This document shows, one piece after another, positions 14,981-29,159 of a DNA stretch of 64,000 nucleotides (positions are counted from its first letter, which is position 1; every line of letters starts with the position of its first letter). The DNA comes from Eledone cirrhosa. Taxonomy: Eukaryota. The stretch is from contig OZ024745.1 in assembly GCA_964016885.1 (NCBI GenBank), forward strand, positions 37,634,001 to 37,698,000. Reading direction: 5' to 3'. The notes beneath the pieces were generated by a model. It searched no databases and was not told the DNA's origin. It saw only the letters and a program-made list of their open reading frames with translations. A program made the translations under genes and the position numbers.

Positions 14981-17900
14981 AAAAAAAAAAAAAGATTTGG
15001 CGTGTTAGTCTATTATAACCATACCAAATATGTATTAGAGTGACATATACCAATAACAAGTGCCTGAAAAGAAAAAATGTCTCAAAACTTCTTGTGTGTG
15101 TGTGTGTGTGCGCGTGTGCGTGTGCGTGTACGTGTGCGTGCGCGTGCGTGTGCGCGTGTGTGTGTGTGTAGCTATTAGTTATTGTTCTTTCTTGTCTCTT
15201 ACTCCAGAAGTCTGTCGTAGATAGTTAATTAGTTCATAATTTTACGATCGTTTCAGTGGTCTGACTGATCGTGGAAGATGTATTGATTAGCATAGTAGTG
15301 GTTAGGCTACTACTTATCTCTAGTCTCGAAATTCCTGTTCATTCTACCGTCTTTTTCAGAAACACATATGTATATGTGTGTGTGTGGGGGGGGGGGTACT
15401 GGTTGCGTAAACGCGAGAAAGAAATCTCAACATACTGGTAACGTGTTGCATTGTTTACTTTTCTACATCTGCGAATCAGTACAAGTGAATCGAGGGCCAA
15501 GATTTTCTTGCTTAATGCACTTTTGTATACTGCATTAAAATCTGGTCTTCGAGTCACTGCTATAGCTTCGCATCTACAATAAAATATAATACACCCCACC
15601 ATATATATATGTGTGTGTGTTTGTTTGTTTGTTTGTATAGTTTCTTCGTAAGTATTTCTTTGTGTTTCCACACTTATGTTATTTCAATCAGAAAATTATT
15701 TTTTCCTATCATATGAAGCAATACGATACTCGCATATTAGGATTTGTTATCAAATAGAATTTTTTCTTTCTACTCTTCCTCCTCCAACTCTCATTTATTC
15801 CACCACCTTTCACCCCTCCTTCTCTTTCTTTCTCTCTATTTCTTTCTTTCCTTCTTTCGCCTGTCTCTCTCCCTTCTCATTTTTCGTGGCGATCACTCAT
15901 AATTTATAGCCAATGAAGTACTGTTGTATGGAATTTATCAGATTCGGTTTAAGGAAATGCCAGACTCTTTAACAAGATCCTCAAGCTTTAAACCACAAGT
16001 TAATTACTTGTTATCAGCAAGCGTAAATGAAAAAGTATCAGCAGGTTTATAACGAGTAAATTGAGCATATGAAATAGTTGTTGTTGTAGGCTTTTAATGT
16101 TGCTGTTGTTCGTGGTGTTTTTAATGTCGTTATTGTTGTAGGAGATGGTGATAGTGGTGATGTTTAATGTCGTTGTTGTTGTAGTTGCTTAAAATTATGG
16201 TTTTCATAAATAACATCAATAGTTGCACTGTTGTTTACATGAAACTGGATGAGTGGTGTTATATAGAAAATGATTAACTTGACATAACTGACGCCACTAA
16301 CAAATTCTTCTTGCTTAAGGAATGAATGTATACTCGTGTGTAATAATACAATCTAATCTAGTCCTCAACTCCTATCTACCTCAATAAAATATTCATTTTA
16401 TGACAAGAGAACCTCTAATCGTTTTACTATGCAACTGTAAAAGTAAGCTGTTTTAATATGCACCATAAAAATGCTGACCATGATGCCAGGAAAATAAAAA
16501 GCGATTAAAAGCCTATTAAAAAAAGCAAACTATAAAAAATTGAATAGCTGTTTAAAATAATATAAAAACCATAGAAATATTTTAATTATATACTGAACAC
16601 AGCTTCATATCGGTGTTGTCGAGGTATTTGACTTGTTGACTAAGGTCTTCGTTCTAAAAGAAGCCAAATAAACAAAACAACACTAGCAGCTGGTCTAACA
16701 TACAGTTAGTGTCAATATAATACAGACATGTCGGAGTGTTTAAGATGTTCGCTACGTAATCACGAGCTCAGTGAGCCTCGAGACAAACTGACGAATATCA
16801 ATCTTGTAGATCTCAGCCAGAATACCAACAGATGAGGGGACTTTGTCACAATATAGAGCTCCTCGAATGGACCTCCCATTGTGTCGATGATGAATGTATC
16901 AGTTGTTCGATCAATGGAACTGTCTGCTCGTGAATTTAAAATATAAATGGTTGAGAATTACACAAACATGTGTACGTTTAAATTAATTTTCAGGGAGATT
17001 CAGCAGGTCATAGTGTATGACAAAGCTAACCCGTTTAATTGCAACTACACTCCATCCGATGGGCTTCCAATCTGTCTCCGTCTACCAAATTTCGCTCACA
17101 AGGGTTGGGTCGACGCAAGACTATGGTAAATGACACTTGCCAAAACTCCACGCATTGGGATCGAACCTGAGATCTAATGATTGCAAAGATAATTTCTTAA
17201 CTATTCGGTCATGCTGCTTCTACAACGGAGCAGATATAAACTTGACATCACACTCGTGAGAAAGAAAATCAATTGAACTGTTTATACTCCCTTATGGAAA
17301 GTGGGCTATGGTTGGTTTGTTGACAGCGAAGTGGGAATTCAAACACTGGAAATTCTCCACCAAATATTGACTCGCTGTCATCAGAACCTATCCGTCAGCG
17401 CCCATCAGTAAAGCTGCGTCAGAATTACGTAGGCTATAGATACCCAGGGCGGATGCTATGTTTTGGGACACGGATGCGTGGTGGATTTTGCAATAATTTT
17501 AAAGTAGAATTTCGGAATATGAATATCACAGTAAATCTGAGAGTACATCATTGAAAAGTACGGTGGGGAGAAGTGGACTCTACTTTCCTGTGCACCCTTC
17601 TTGACGAGAGGCCCGCAAACAGATCTAACCGCGTCTTAGAAGCATCTTGAGTTGTAGTTCTTTGCATAGAATTGAATCGCATTTACCTTGGTCTGAACTA
17701 TCCGTGTTGCGGCAACTGAAACGTCCCACTCTATCAACGTAACACTAACTTGACTATTGTTTTTAATGCAGAGGGTGTTTCTGAATAATCAACCCCAGTA
17801 TATGATTTGTTATTCATAGTGGTATTTGGCAAATTGTCGGTAAGAAATATAATCGGAAGTTTTAAGTGGCACCACTATACAAACTGCGTAGTCTGTTATG

Positions 17901-18459
17901 AATGGGGTCACATAATTATAATTTAAGAAATTAATTAATAAATGATGAATACATATATTCTCATTCACTAGAGCAAGAAATAAGCTTGACTTTTGATAAT
18001 CAGAGATATTAATCAACAGGCGATCAGCTCTATTGAATTCAGAAGTGGGAAGAAATAGGGGTTGTGTTGTGCATGCTTTTCTTATGTGTCATAGCGGCGT
18101 GAATAAATTTGTTACTACTTGTAACTGAATACATACATATAGCAGTGTCAGTTCGTCCGCGAATTACTTCGTAACATATGTTGCACTGTAAATTAACTTT
18201 CAGATGTAAAGTCAAAACGCCGTCGCTTAACCCGCTAGAAATAGTACACGAATTTCTTTCAAATCAACCCTACAGATTTCTTCTTTAAAAACGGTAGTAA
18301 GGTACAATTGAACAAAATATTCTAATGTTTCATCTAAAAATACAAAATGTGTCACCGCTGGAATGCCTTTCATCATATGTCTACTTGATCAACGTTCTCT
18401 TCAAACTAAACAACAGCAAAAATATATACATGTTCTATAAATTATAACATTCATTTTTC

Positions 18460-19347
18460 AGAAATGAATTTTGACAATCAAATCTATAATGTCAGGTTTG
18501 ACAGCGGCAGCTGGCAACAGGCAAGCCTCCCTGTAAAATTCTGTTTCCTCGGCCTCCAAAGCCCTTCAGATCTAGCACTGCTGGCCTACAAATCCTCAGT
18601 CTCCTCCAGCAAAACTCTAATCAGCGAGATCCTCCGCCAGTCTGCAGATCAAGACGCTGCCCGCGAACTGGAGTAGGCTCTCTGCTAAAGAGGAGACGAA
18701 AGCCTCATTGTTCCTCAGGTTGCAGATACCTAACGCAATTGAGACAGCATCAAGTGCAGGGCAACCTTCAAATGGCTCGATGTTTCCTTTGACTAATGCC
18801 CTCGCTTACCCCCGTCCAGTCGCGCAGCCAAACAGCGGTGCGTGGTTGAAATCGGTGCCCTCTTCACTAACAGGTAACTTTTTAATGACGAGCGCACTCA
18901 TATAGGATTGGTCCAGCGGCACAGACCCCTGTGTTTGAGACACACAGACGCCGTTGTGGAGCCGTACGTCACTAGACACGCTACTCTGAATGACATAGGC
19001 CAAAGGAGCTTCGATACGACTGGTTTGCCATCACTACCGGAGCCAGCTGGCCTCACATTAGTTGCCGTCGAGACTTCAGGTGTCCTAGTTCCCGAACTGC
19101 CCCAAATTCTGAAAAGTGGCCGCCCGCTTAAAGAAGAAGCCCCGTGGGGAGAAGTGACTGCTGTAGAAGGTGTTGCTGGCCGTTCTCCATTGCAATGCTT
19201 TTGCCATTTAGTCCGCTCAGAATGGGCTGTAAAGTCTGTCACTTCCTACCCCTCTTCCCTTCCATTCTTTGTTTAATTTCCTCTTTCATTTTCTTCTATT
19301 CATCATTTCTTTATTGCACTATATACATGTTATGTGCAATAAGATAA
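18460..19347 (+). pseudogene. CRE-clade (RLE-type) non-LTR retrotransposon, 3' remnant
   Basis: WQQASLPVK..LGL.S..DLA, SGAWLKSVPS, RHATLND...EPAGL and VAVETSG motifs typical of the CRE thumb/RLE region. Frameshifted, with internal deletions. Confidence 0.7.
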
Positions 19348-21377
19348 TTCATATGCTTAAAATGTAGAGTAGCAGAAAGGTATCTTTGCTACAGCAATAT
19401 AAAGACACACATTGGGAGCTCATTTCTCATCAAAAACAATCTCACGGCATCAGAATCTCGATAGATTGGTACTTTATTTATTAACCCAGGAAGGACGAAA
19501 AGCAGAATAGAATAGACCTCGACTCGATTTGAACTCAGAGCACAGTGAGTAGTTATATATAACGCAAGGTCTTATCCCGACGTCAGTCTAACACTTCTGC
19601 CTATCTGCCTACCAAATCATTCAAATTAAATTAAAGAGAAATTAAAAATTACAGTTCATCATTACGAGGAGAGAGTGATAGATGAGAGAGAGAGAGAGAA
19701 CAGATGATTATTAATGAACGTGGCAGTAAATAGAGTAGGAAGCGAGGGAAATAGTAAGTTCATGAGAGGGGGATATTGCGTTGCAGTTTTAAATCACAAT
19801 ATTTCTGAGGGCCTTATTGTACTGTAGTTCACATACGTGGTCAAGCGACCACAAAGTTGGCCGGGATGTACAATGTTTAAGTGGATAGTAGCTTCCATCC
19901 TTCACATCATTATCTGACCCGTTGTTGGCCTTCAGCAAAGTGAACACTGTTGCATTAATTCGGACGAGGACGCCATTCTTAGTATAGCTTTCTCTCTTAT
20001 ATCAATCCCCGGGGCTCCTGAACGGGGTCATTGGCGCTGTACTAAACTGTTGAAAGAGTTTAAAAAGAAACGTACCAATTTACAATTTTACGCCTTGTAA
20101 CAGTATACGTGAATACATTATTGTTGGGTGCTTGAGTATTTACTTGTTTTTAGACTAATTAGCTATACATGATTTATATAAGAAGTTGCTAACATATTCG
20201 GGTGGTACCTAGATACATTCCATATTTTTTAAAGGATTACAGTGCAGAAGTGTGAGTGGGTGTATTGGACTTCAGTCGATTTTTACGACGAGTTTTTCAG
20301 TTGTTTGATCTACTGAACAACCTGCTCCTGGAATTAACGTGCAAGTAACTGAGCATAGCATATACCCGTGAACCCATCACTTAGTTCTCAGAGAGATTTA
20401 GTGTGACATAGTGTTTGACAAAGAAAGCTATTTGAATTACAGATGTAGCTCATTTCACCCCAGCTAAATAAATTCGTAGAATGCTAAATAATATGTGTTA
20501 TTCAAGCACTAAACGCGCTAACGGAAATCAACCTTACGACTTTACGATCGTGAGCCTAACCACAAAACTACGTGTCATCACAGGACAGATATATACTATA
20601 GAAATAAGTAGAGTTTATTGCACACAGGAAGCAAGTAATCGAAAAATAATCACTTTGTTAATTAACAGAAAGTTGAATAATTGTTTCTACTTTAGGCACA
20701 AGGCCAGCAATTACCAGTGCATTACTGGTACTTTATTTTATCGACCCCGTAACAGAAAGTTGAATAATGGGATTAAATTCTATTTATAGAATTTTTAGCA
20801 GTTACAAGAACTTTTAACAGTTACGAGTGAAAACTAAAGAAAAGACTTGGAAGACAAAAAAAGGTGAAATATATATAATGAATTCTTACTGAGGCACAAA
20901 CCACATTATAAGCAGTGGAATGTTATTGTCACGCAATGTGTCACCCTGAATCTCCCTGAGTATTACGTTATGGTAACGTATTTCTGTGAAATGCTCATGG
21001 TTTTTCAAGTTATTTCTACTGATAAGATACTCCACTGATCGATAAACTGAAACACTTGAAATCAGAGTTCAATATGTCGGGAAAATACGAAGCATTTAAT
21101 CCGACGCCTTAACGATTCTGCCAATTCACGGTATTTATTAGTATTATTATTATTGGTCTGTTCGGACGTCTTTTTGGCTCGCTCCCAGTAAGTCGCTTTA
21201 TTTGCCTGCTAAAATTATTTGTTGTTAAATATTTCTTGTTGTGTAAGCCCTTAGACTTTGCCCTGTGAAGGGGAAAGTATAATATTTGGGCCTTTTGGCC
21301 CAAATATTTGAATCTTTTTACATGTTAAAACATTTACGGAGAAAAAAAATCATGGCTGAGCCACGCCCTCCAGCGAT

Positions 21378-23323
21378 ATGTCTGCTGTCGTGCGTCAACG
21401 ACGTGGAGTTGAGAGGAGCGCTACAGCGAAATTAACACAAATTGATAACACAAACACCACCACAAATAATATAAACAAAGAGACCAATGATACCAATGAG
21501 AACTCTAATTTTGAAAAAAATGACAGTAACAGCGACAACGAAAATACAGATAACAAAAAAAACAAATGCAACAACAATATCAACACCACTAACATGAAAA
21601 CAAATAGCGACAACACCAACAGCAACAATACCAACTGCATCGAGAACAACGGTGGCAACAAAGACAACAATGATAACAGCGACAGTGCTAACAACAACAT
21701 CAACAAGAACAACGACAACGACCACAACACCCCCAACGAAAAGAAGAACACTTTCGCTGCGGCAGCAGCAAAAAAGAGGCGATGCTTCAACATGGACCTC
21801 TCAAACAAAGATGAAAAGTTGGCCCAGGCATGGAAGCTCATCAGGCAAGAGCAAACCTGGGCCAACTTAACTGTCCCGGTAGAAGCCATCGAGGCAGTGG
21901 AGCGCAGAACGGTGCATTATAGATGCATCTCGGCACAAACCAAAAGGGCAGCTTTAATCCCACAAGAAGATGTCGAAGTCGCGCTGAGGTGCATCAGAGA
22001 AGACACCGAATACATAGAGAAGGGCAGACAGTACGGCACCATTTCGGTGTAGTTAAAGTCAGAAGCCCTCGCTATGGAACACGCTATGACTCCTTGCAAA
22101 ACCAGCAAGGTCATAATGTACCCCTCCCACATGGGAAAAAGAACGGCCCGTCTCCGCATTCCCAGAATCTCACCAGGACTTGACATGTGGTGGCTTCTGG
22201 GATGTGTGATTGTGGAAGGGACGGATACCGTCACTATAGAAGTGACCAGAACGGCCAGAGAGGACTGGTTCGGGGTTGACCTGGAGATCCTTCTCCAGAT
22301 CAGGCCCGGGAATGTGAAGACAATCCCGGACCACATCCGCCTTCAGAATGGGACGGTCATTCACATTATGACCGAAGGCCGTAGTGTTTTGTTTGTGGGG
22401 GAAAAAACCCATTTGCGAGCCTTCTGCCCTCAACTGCTGAAAGAGGCAAGGGGTCGAAAGGCTCCACTGCTGCTGACGCCGGGGCGAGGACCACAACCAA
22501 CACCAGCACCGGCAAAACCACCAACAACAACACCAATAGAAAGACCACCTCCAACATTGACCACCCAGTGGGGAAACGAGGAAAGCTGTCAAATTCCCCC
22601 TCCCCCCCAAAAAATACACACACCAATAAAACCATAAACATACATACAGACACACTTACAGACACAGACCTCTCATCTACCAGTAGTGAAGATGAGGGGA
22701 AAACCAAAATCCCCCAAAATACAAAAAAGGAAACACAAAAAGAAAAAAAAACTCAACAAAGCACAAAATCACCCACAATAAAAAACGCAGACACCACCCA
22801 TGCAAACATCTCTCCAATAACACCAACATCAACACCACCATCACCATCACCAGAATCCCCCAAACGCAAACAACCTGAACAGACGCAAGAACAAATATAC
22901 ACACAAACATCTGAAACCACAGACACCGCACTCACAACAAACACAGATACAACCGAAACAACACCACCAAAACCATCACCACCACAACCACGCAAACAAA
23001 TAAAATCACACCAACAAAACATACAAAATTTCGTGCTCGTCAGGAGGGCCAACAAGGAATTGATGGCCCTCGTAGCACGAAGTGAAACTATACAAAAAGA
23101 GGGGGACATTTTTAAATCGAGCACATTTGGCGTGCCGGAAGATTTGGTTCGGGTGCGAATGTCGCTCGATATATTCAAAGAAATACGAGACAGCTTTCCT
23201 CGGGACGTGGGAACCCCGAACGTAAAACCCACTTCAAGACTTTTAAAGGGGTTCCCAAAAGAAACCCCACCAACTATGGAGGTCGAACAACCCGACCTTC
23301 ACAAAAGCCCGGAAGGTAAGTAA
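21378..23323 (+). pseudogene. Tx1/L1 ORF1 (disrupted)
   Basis: ORFs 21378-22052 and 22074-22637 are in frame across one TAG, and 22568-23323 follows a frameshift. Asn-rich N-terminus, TFAAAAAK motif, degenerate zinc knuckle (EGR...GEKTHLRAFCP) and Pro/Thr-rich linker. Confidence 0.75.
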
Positions 23324-23354
23324 ACCTTTCTCTCTCTCTTTTTAACCTGCCAAC

Positions 23355-26300
23355 ATGGCCGTATTACGAGTAGGATGTTTAAATGTTCGAGGCCTGGGAT
23401 CGTCCTGGAAGCAGGGTCAACTGCTTTAACGACCTCAGGTCTATAGAAATGGATGTAATTGCCGTCAGCGAGACCAGGATTTCCGACACGCGCGCACTAG
23501 CCCCCATTTTCGACGATTATCAGATCTTTGCATCTGTTAGCCGGCCGGGAATGTGAGGCGGGGTGGCAGTGCTGTTTAGGAAAGGCCTGGATCTCGAGGT
23601 AAGGTCGATCTTCCGGAACCCGGACGGGAAGTTGGTGGTCCTGGACGTGAACAATAACGAAGGTGGTGCCTTTAGACTGGTGGCCGTCTATGCTCTTACT
23701 GGGGAAGGACGGCCGGACTTCTTTAGACGCCTGGAAGCCTTTCTGGGTACGTCTCGCCCTTTACTGTTAGCGGGGGACTGGAACGGCATCTTAGACGCAC
23801 GCTGGGACTGTGTGGGAGTATCTGATAGGAGCGGGGGGTGCAAAAGCCTCAAGGACCTGATCAGCCAGTTCCAACTGTCTGAGAGGTACCGACTAGATTT
23901 CCCTAATGCGCCAGTGTGGACCTGGGCTAACCGCATAGTGTCATCTAGATCGTATATAGACAGGATATTCATTAGGAAATAGACAGAAATAGTGTAAGCT
24001 GTCCACGTTTTGAAATGGTCGCCTATTCAGATCACAAGTTTGTGATCTGTATGGTCGACCTAGATAAGACACGTAGGTTAGGACCTGGTTACTGGAAGCT
24101 AAAATGTCATTTCCGGCACGTAAGGCTTACAGGGACCAGGTCAACAATTTAGTTAAGAAAAAGTTGACGGGGGGAGTCGTCAACAATAGATGGGGGGGGG
24201 GGGGCTCTCAAAAGAGAGATTAGAGTAATGTCGATAGAGTTTAGCAAAGAAGTAGCGTTAGAGAAAAATAGAAAGGAGGGGGAGTTGATAGATAAGTTAG
24301 ACGAGGCTATTGGTAGTGGCATTGCAACTGACGTGCTAGCGGCGAGAATGGGATTAGACCATTTCTTCAATGCGAAACACGAAGGTTGCATTGTCAGGGC
24401 TAAGGCGCGTGCTCTGAGAAACGAGGGAACCAAAGCTGTTAAATGGGCCCGCGTGGCAGAGGCGCAGCGTGGTAATAAAACCACGATTCGGTCTTTGACG
24501 GACCGAGACGGGCACGAGCTGAGCGATTCCAAGAGCATGTGTGAGGCCTTTCGCCAACATTTTGCTCGGTTGTTCAGGGGAAGTGGCGGGTCAGAGATGG
24601 TGGCGGACTTCAGTCTCTACCTCGATGGCTTGCCGCAACTCTCGACGGCTGACGCTGGGCGCTGCCAAAGGCCAATTACTTCAGCCGAGATTCAGGATGC
24701 CTTTGTTGGCTGCATGAGGCGCAAGTCACCCTGTTTGGATGGTCTGCCCTACGAGCTTTACGTAAATATGCCAGACTTGTTCTCCAATCTCCTCGAACCC
24801 TCTACTGCAGCTGGCAGCAAAACAGGAGTATTCCCAGTTCTGTGAGCCGGGGCGTAGTGACGCTGATAAGGAAAGGCGAGAACAAGAGGAGCACATTAGA
24901 CAATTTCAGGCCCATAACTCTGCTCAACACAGAGTTTAAGATTTTGGCCAGGGTGTTAGCGAAGAGGTTGGCGCTTGTCGTTGGAGATTTGGTTGGGGAG
25001 GGGCAAACTTGCGCAATCCCAACGAGGTCCATACACGACAACCTCCACCTAATGCGATACATCATAGAGAGAGTAGGGTGTAAACCTGGCTTCGGTGGGG
25101 CTCTGATCAATTTAGATCAATCGAAAGCATTCGATATGGTAGACCATCGGTACCTGGAGGCTGTCCTCAAGGCGGCTGGCTTCGGCCCCGCCTTCAGAAG
25201 CTGGATCGCTGCAATGCACAGCAGCACTGCTCGATGGGCAAAATTAATGGCCACCTCTCGGAACCGTTTCAGGTCTCCCGATCGGTCCGTCAAGGGTGCC
25301 CTCTCTCCTCCCTTCTGTACGTATTGACTCTCGAGCCTTTACTGCGGAAGTTGGAGCTGTTGCAGGGCATCCCGCTCGAACCGGGACGCGGAAAGGCTGT
25401 GTCGGCTTATGCGGACGCCATCACCGTGATGGTGTCGGACACCTCAGAAATCGAGGTGGTCGTCAACTTATTGGAGAAATATGAAAGGTAGACGGGAGCA
25501 AAACTTAACCCGGAAAAGTCGGTGGGCTTGCAACTCGGCACATGGAGAGGCAATTCCATGCCGTCCAACAGCGTCGTTAGGCGCTGGACGGACGGACCGG
25601 TAAAGTTGCTAGGGGTTTGGTTCGGTCCAGACCTCCAGGTGGATAAGAATTGGGACGAGGTGACGGGCAGGGTAGCCAGTCTCACCCAGCAATGGGCTGG
25701 GATGAAGCTATCACTGAAAGGTCGGGCGGAGGTGGCGAACGCGTACATCGCGTCCGTCATCTACTACCGTCTGACCGTCGTCCCTTGCCCCCGTTCGCGC
25801 CTCGCCATCTTGGAGCGGCTTCTCTTCAAATTCTTGTGGAGGGGTCAGGTTCCGCTGGTGAGGCTGCCAGCACCCTCTACGTGGAGGGCTGGGCATGCCG
25901 TGGCTAAAGATGCGCAGGCACGCGCTGAGGCTGCGGCATCTCCAGATATTCTGCCAAAACGGTGAACAGGTGTGGTCGCCGTTTGTCAGACGGGCCTTTC
26001 CGCAGCTCGTTTCTTTGACTGAGCTGCAGTCCTGGGTCAAGAAGAGACCGAGACTGGGTGACTGGCATCTGGAATCTTGCCAGGCACTCACTGCCCTCTA
26101 CCAGGCGGGCAATGCGGTCAGTGGAACTTCCACTCTCGAGTTCTATAGAGGATTAGTGGTGGGAAAGTGCGACGACGCACTCGGAGAGGTTCTGGGAGTC
26201 AACGAAGTCGAATTAACCAGTCTGTACCGGAGGACTTTCGAGCCGGGGACTATGAATAATTTCCAAAAATCCCTCACTTGGCAGTGCTACCGGGGGGCAC

Positions 26301-26767
26301 TGCCGGTTCGAGATAAACTCTACAGGCACGGAAGTGCTGTCAGACTGACTTGCCCGAGATGCGCGCAGAGCGATGAAACCGTTCTGCACGCACTCGTCCA
26401 GTTTCCGTGCATTACTGACTTGTGGAGTTATGTTGAGCAGCTGTTGTCGCGTGTAGAACGGATCCTGCTATCGGCCGAGTCCATAGTGAAGATCGACCCA
26501 CCGCCTTCTTTTAGCCAGGAAGGGCAGGCAATTTTCCTCTGTCTGGTAGCAGTAGTGAAAGAGGTTGTATGGTGGACGAGGTTGAAAGGACTGAAGACAG
26601 ACACTTTTCTCTTCGGCCAATCTCTCATCAACTTTTTCAAGTTTCACTTGGAAAGGAAGGTGAGGGTGGAAAGAGAAGTGCTGCCCCCCAGTACATTTGC
26701 TGAAAGGTGGATGAATGTGGCAGGAATGGCCCGTGTGAGTGGGCCTACTCTGGTCATGCGGCTGTAG
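23355..26767 (+). pseudogene. Tx1/L1 ORF2: AP endonuclease, reverse transcriptase and C-terminal zinc finger (disrupted)
   Basis: MAVLRVGCLNVRGL, LAGDWN, SYIDRIF, FRPITLLNTEFKIL, LDQSKAFD, VRQGCPLS, YADA (YADD mutated) and CPRC...ETVLHAL. Several frameshifts and stops. Confidence 0.92.
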
Positions 26768-27030
26768 GTATGTAAATTTGTGGAGGAGAGGGGTTCCCTT
26801 CCAGGGTGCTCTCGAAGAGTCGGGTCGTTCAGGACTGGTGGGGTACCTGAGCGAACCCTATTGGTGAATTTTTTCTTGTTGTAATTTTATTGTTACTTTA
26901 TTGTTACTTTGTTATTGTTATTCATATTGTTTACTCGATTTTTCTGTAAAACCCCACTGTCCCAGTCTTTTGTATTGTTCCCTATATGTCGGCCCTTGTG
27001 GCCAAAAAATGAAATCATTATTATTAATAT

Positions 27031-28660
27031 AGGGCGGTGAATTGGCAGTATCGTTAGAGGGTCGGATACCATGCTTTGCAGCATAGAGTTACGGTCCTTT
27101 ATGATCTGAGTTCAAATCCCGCCGAGGTTAACTTTGCCTTTCTTCCTTACGGGGTCGATAAAATAAAGTACCACTAACGTACTGGGGTCGATCTAATCGA
27201 TTTTCCCCGTTTCCAAAATTGCTGGCCTTGTGCCTATATAAGAAACCATTATTATTATTATTATTATTATTGAGTTCAAATCCCGCCGAGGTTGACTTTG
27301 CCTTTCATCCTTACGGGGTCGATAAAATAAAGTACCAGTAATGAACTGATTAATTGCTGGCCTTGTGCCTAAAGTAGAAACAATTATTATTATTATTGTA
27401 TTTTGCAATAGAGCATGTAAAAAAATTAATAAATTACACATTTTACAGTTTCTAGCTGTAAAATATAAAGAAATTACCCTTTTCATACCTAATCCCCAGA
27501 AACCGACCCTGCTTCTATGATATATTGTTGTTTCTTTTAAATACTTTTTATTCATCTAAATACCTTCCATCATAAATTTATATAAGAAACTTTGTTAAGG
27601 TATGTTCCAAATACTAATTTAGGCACGAGGTCAATAATCTGTGGAAAGGAGCAGTATTTACGTTCACACGTCTACGACCTCGAAAGAATGAAAGGCAACG
27701 TTGACCTCGTCCAGATTAGGACTCAGAGCATAAAGCACCGTAATTAAATAATTGTTTCTACTTTTGGCACAAGACCAGCAATTACCCAGTACATTACTGG
27801 TGTTTTATTATATCGACCCCGTAAGGATGAAAGGCAAAGTTAACTTTAGCGGGATTTGAACTCAGTCCGTAAAGGGACGTAACTCTGTGCTGCAAAGCAT
27901 GTTGTCCGACCCTCTGCCGATACTGCCAATACGCCAATTAAATAATTGTTTCTACTTTAGGCACAAGGCCAGCAAATATTCAGTGCATTACTGGTACTTA
28001 TTTTATCGACCCCGTAAGGATGAAAGGAAAAGTTAACCAAAGTCAAAAGTAAATCATTATTTAAGGGCGGTGGATTGGCAGTATCAGTAGAGGGTCGGAC
28101 GCCATGCTTTCCAGCATAGTTACGTCCCTTTACGATCTGAGTTCAAATCCCGCCGAGGTTGACTTTGCCTTTCATCCTTACGAGGTCGATAAAATAAAGT
28201 ACCAGTAATGCACTGGGTAATTGCTGGCCTTGTGCCTAAAGTAGAAACAATTATTTAATTGGCAATACGCCAATTAAATAATGATTTCTAGTATAGGCAC
28301 AAGGCCAGTAATTTGTAGGGGGAGGGGAAGTCAATTAAACTGACCACAGTACGTTAGTGACGCTTTATTTTATCGACCCCGTAAGGATGAAAGGCAAAGT
28401 TAACCTCGGCGGGATTTGAAACCAGTCAGTAAAGGGACGCAACTCTGTGCTGCAAAACAAGTTGTCCGACCCTCTACGATACTGCCAATCCGCCAATTAA
28501 ATAATTGTTTCTACATTTGGCACAAGGCCAGCAATTAACCAGCTATCGACCTCGTAAGGATGACAGGAAAAGTTAACCTCGGCGGGATTTGAACTCAGTT
28601 GTTAAAGGGATGTAACTATGCTGGAAAGCATGGCGTCCGAGTCTCTACCGATACAGCCAG
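27031..28660. mobile_element. Cluster of about 8 SINE family A copies in both orientations
   Basis: Plus copies at ~27031, 27271 and 28065. Minus copies at ~27620, 27747, 27940, 28278 and 28500. Confidence 0.88.
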
Positions 28661-29159
28661 ACGTTCTACCAATTCTAGAAGCTCACCAATCTTGAACACC
28701 AACTTAATAATCCAAATTCTTAAATATGTTCCAAAGTTATTTGAAAACCATATTTAGCAGCTTTCATTTGAAATATTGTAATGAAAGGGTTAACTTGTAA
28801 AATATTTCTTGTCAAATGAAACGGAATTCACGAGCAATGTCTAAATTTAAACTTGAAAACTGATGACTTGCTAATCCTAAAACAAATAGTTTTTGTACCG
28901 CTTGAATTCCACATGAGGAAACCTATTGCCATCTTATCTCTAGAACTGTTCCAATGTATTAGACTGAATACAAGTGAAACATTATCAGCTCTGTAATGTG
29001 GGCACAGGAATCAAAACTTTCTTTGTCAAAATCAAGCTGGAATACTAGAAATCAGGTTTGCTTTTCCAATAGGAGTGTTATTGTTGTGTATTTATGTTGT
29101 GTAGTCTGTCTCGGAAACATTCATTCCAGCTCCTCCATAGAACACGTAAAATAACAGCT

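Larger units (their letters stand above)
21154..27025 (+). mobile_element. Full-length, disrupted L1/Tx1-clade LINE inserted in (ATT)n
   Basis: 5' UTR, ORF1, ORF2 (APE-RT-zinc finger) and T-rich 3' UTR. ATTATTATT lies on both flanks. Confidence 0.9.
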
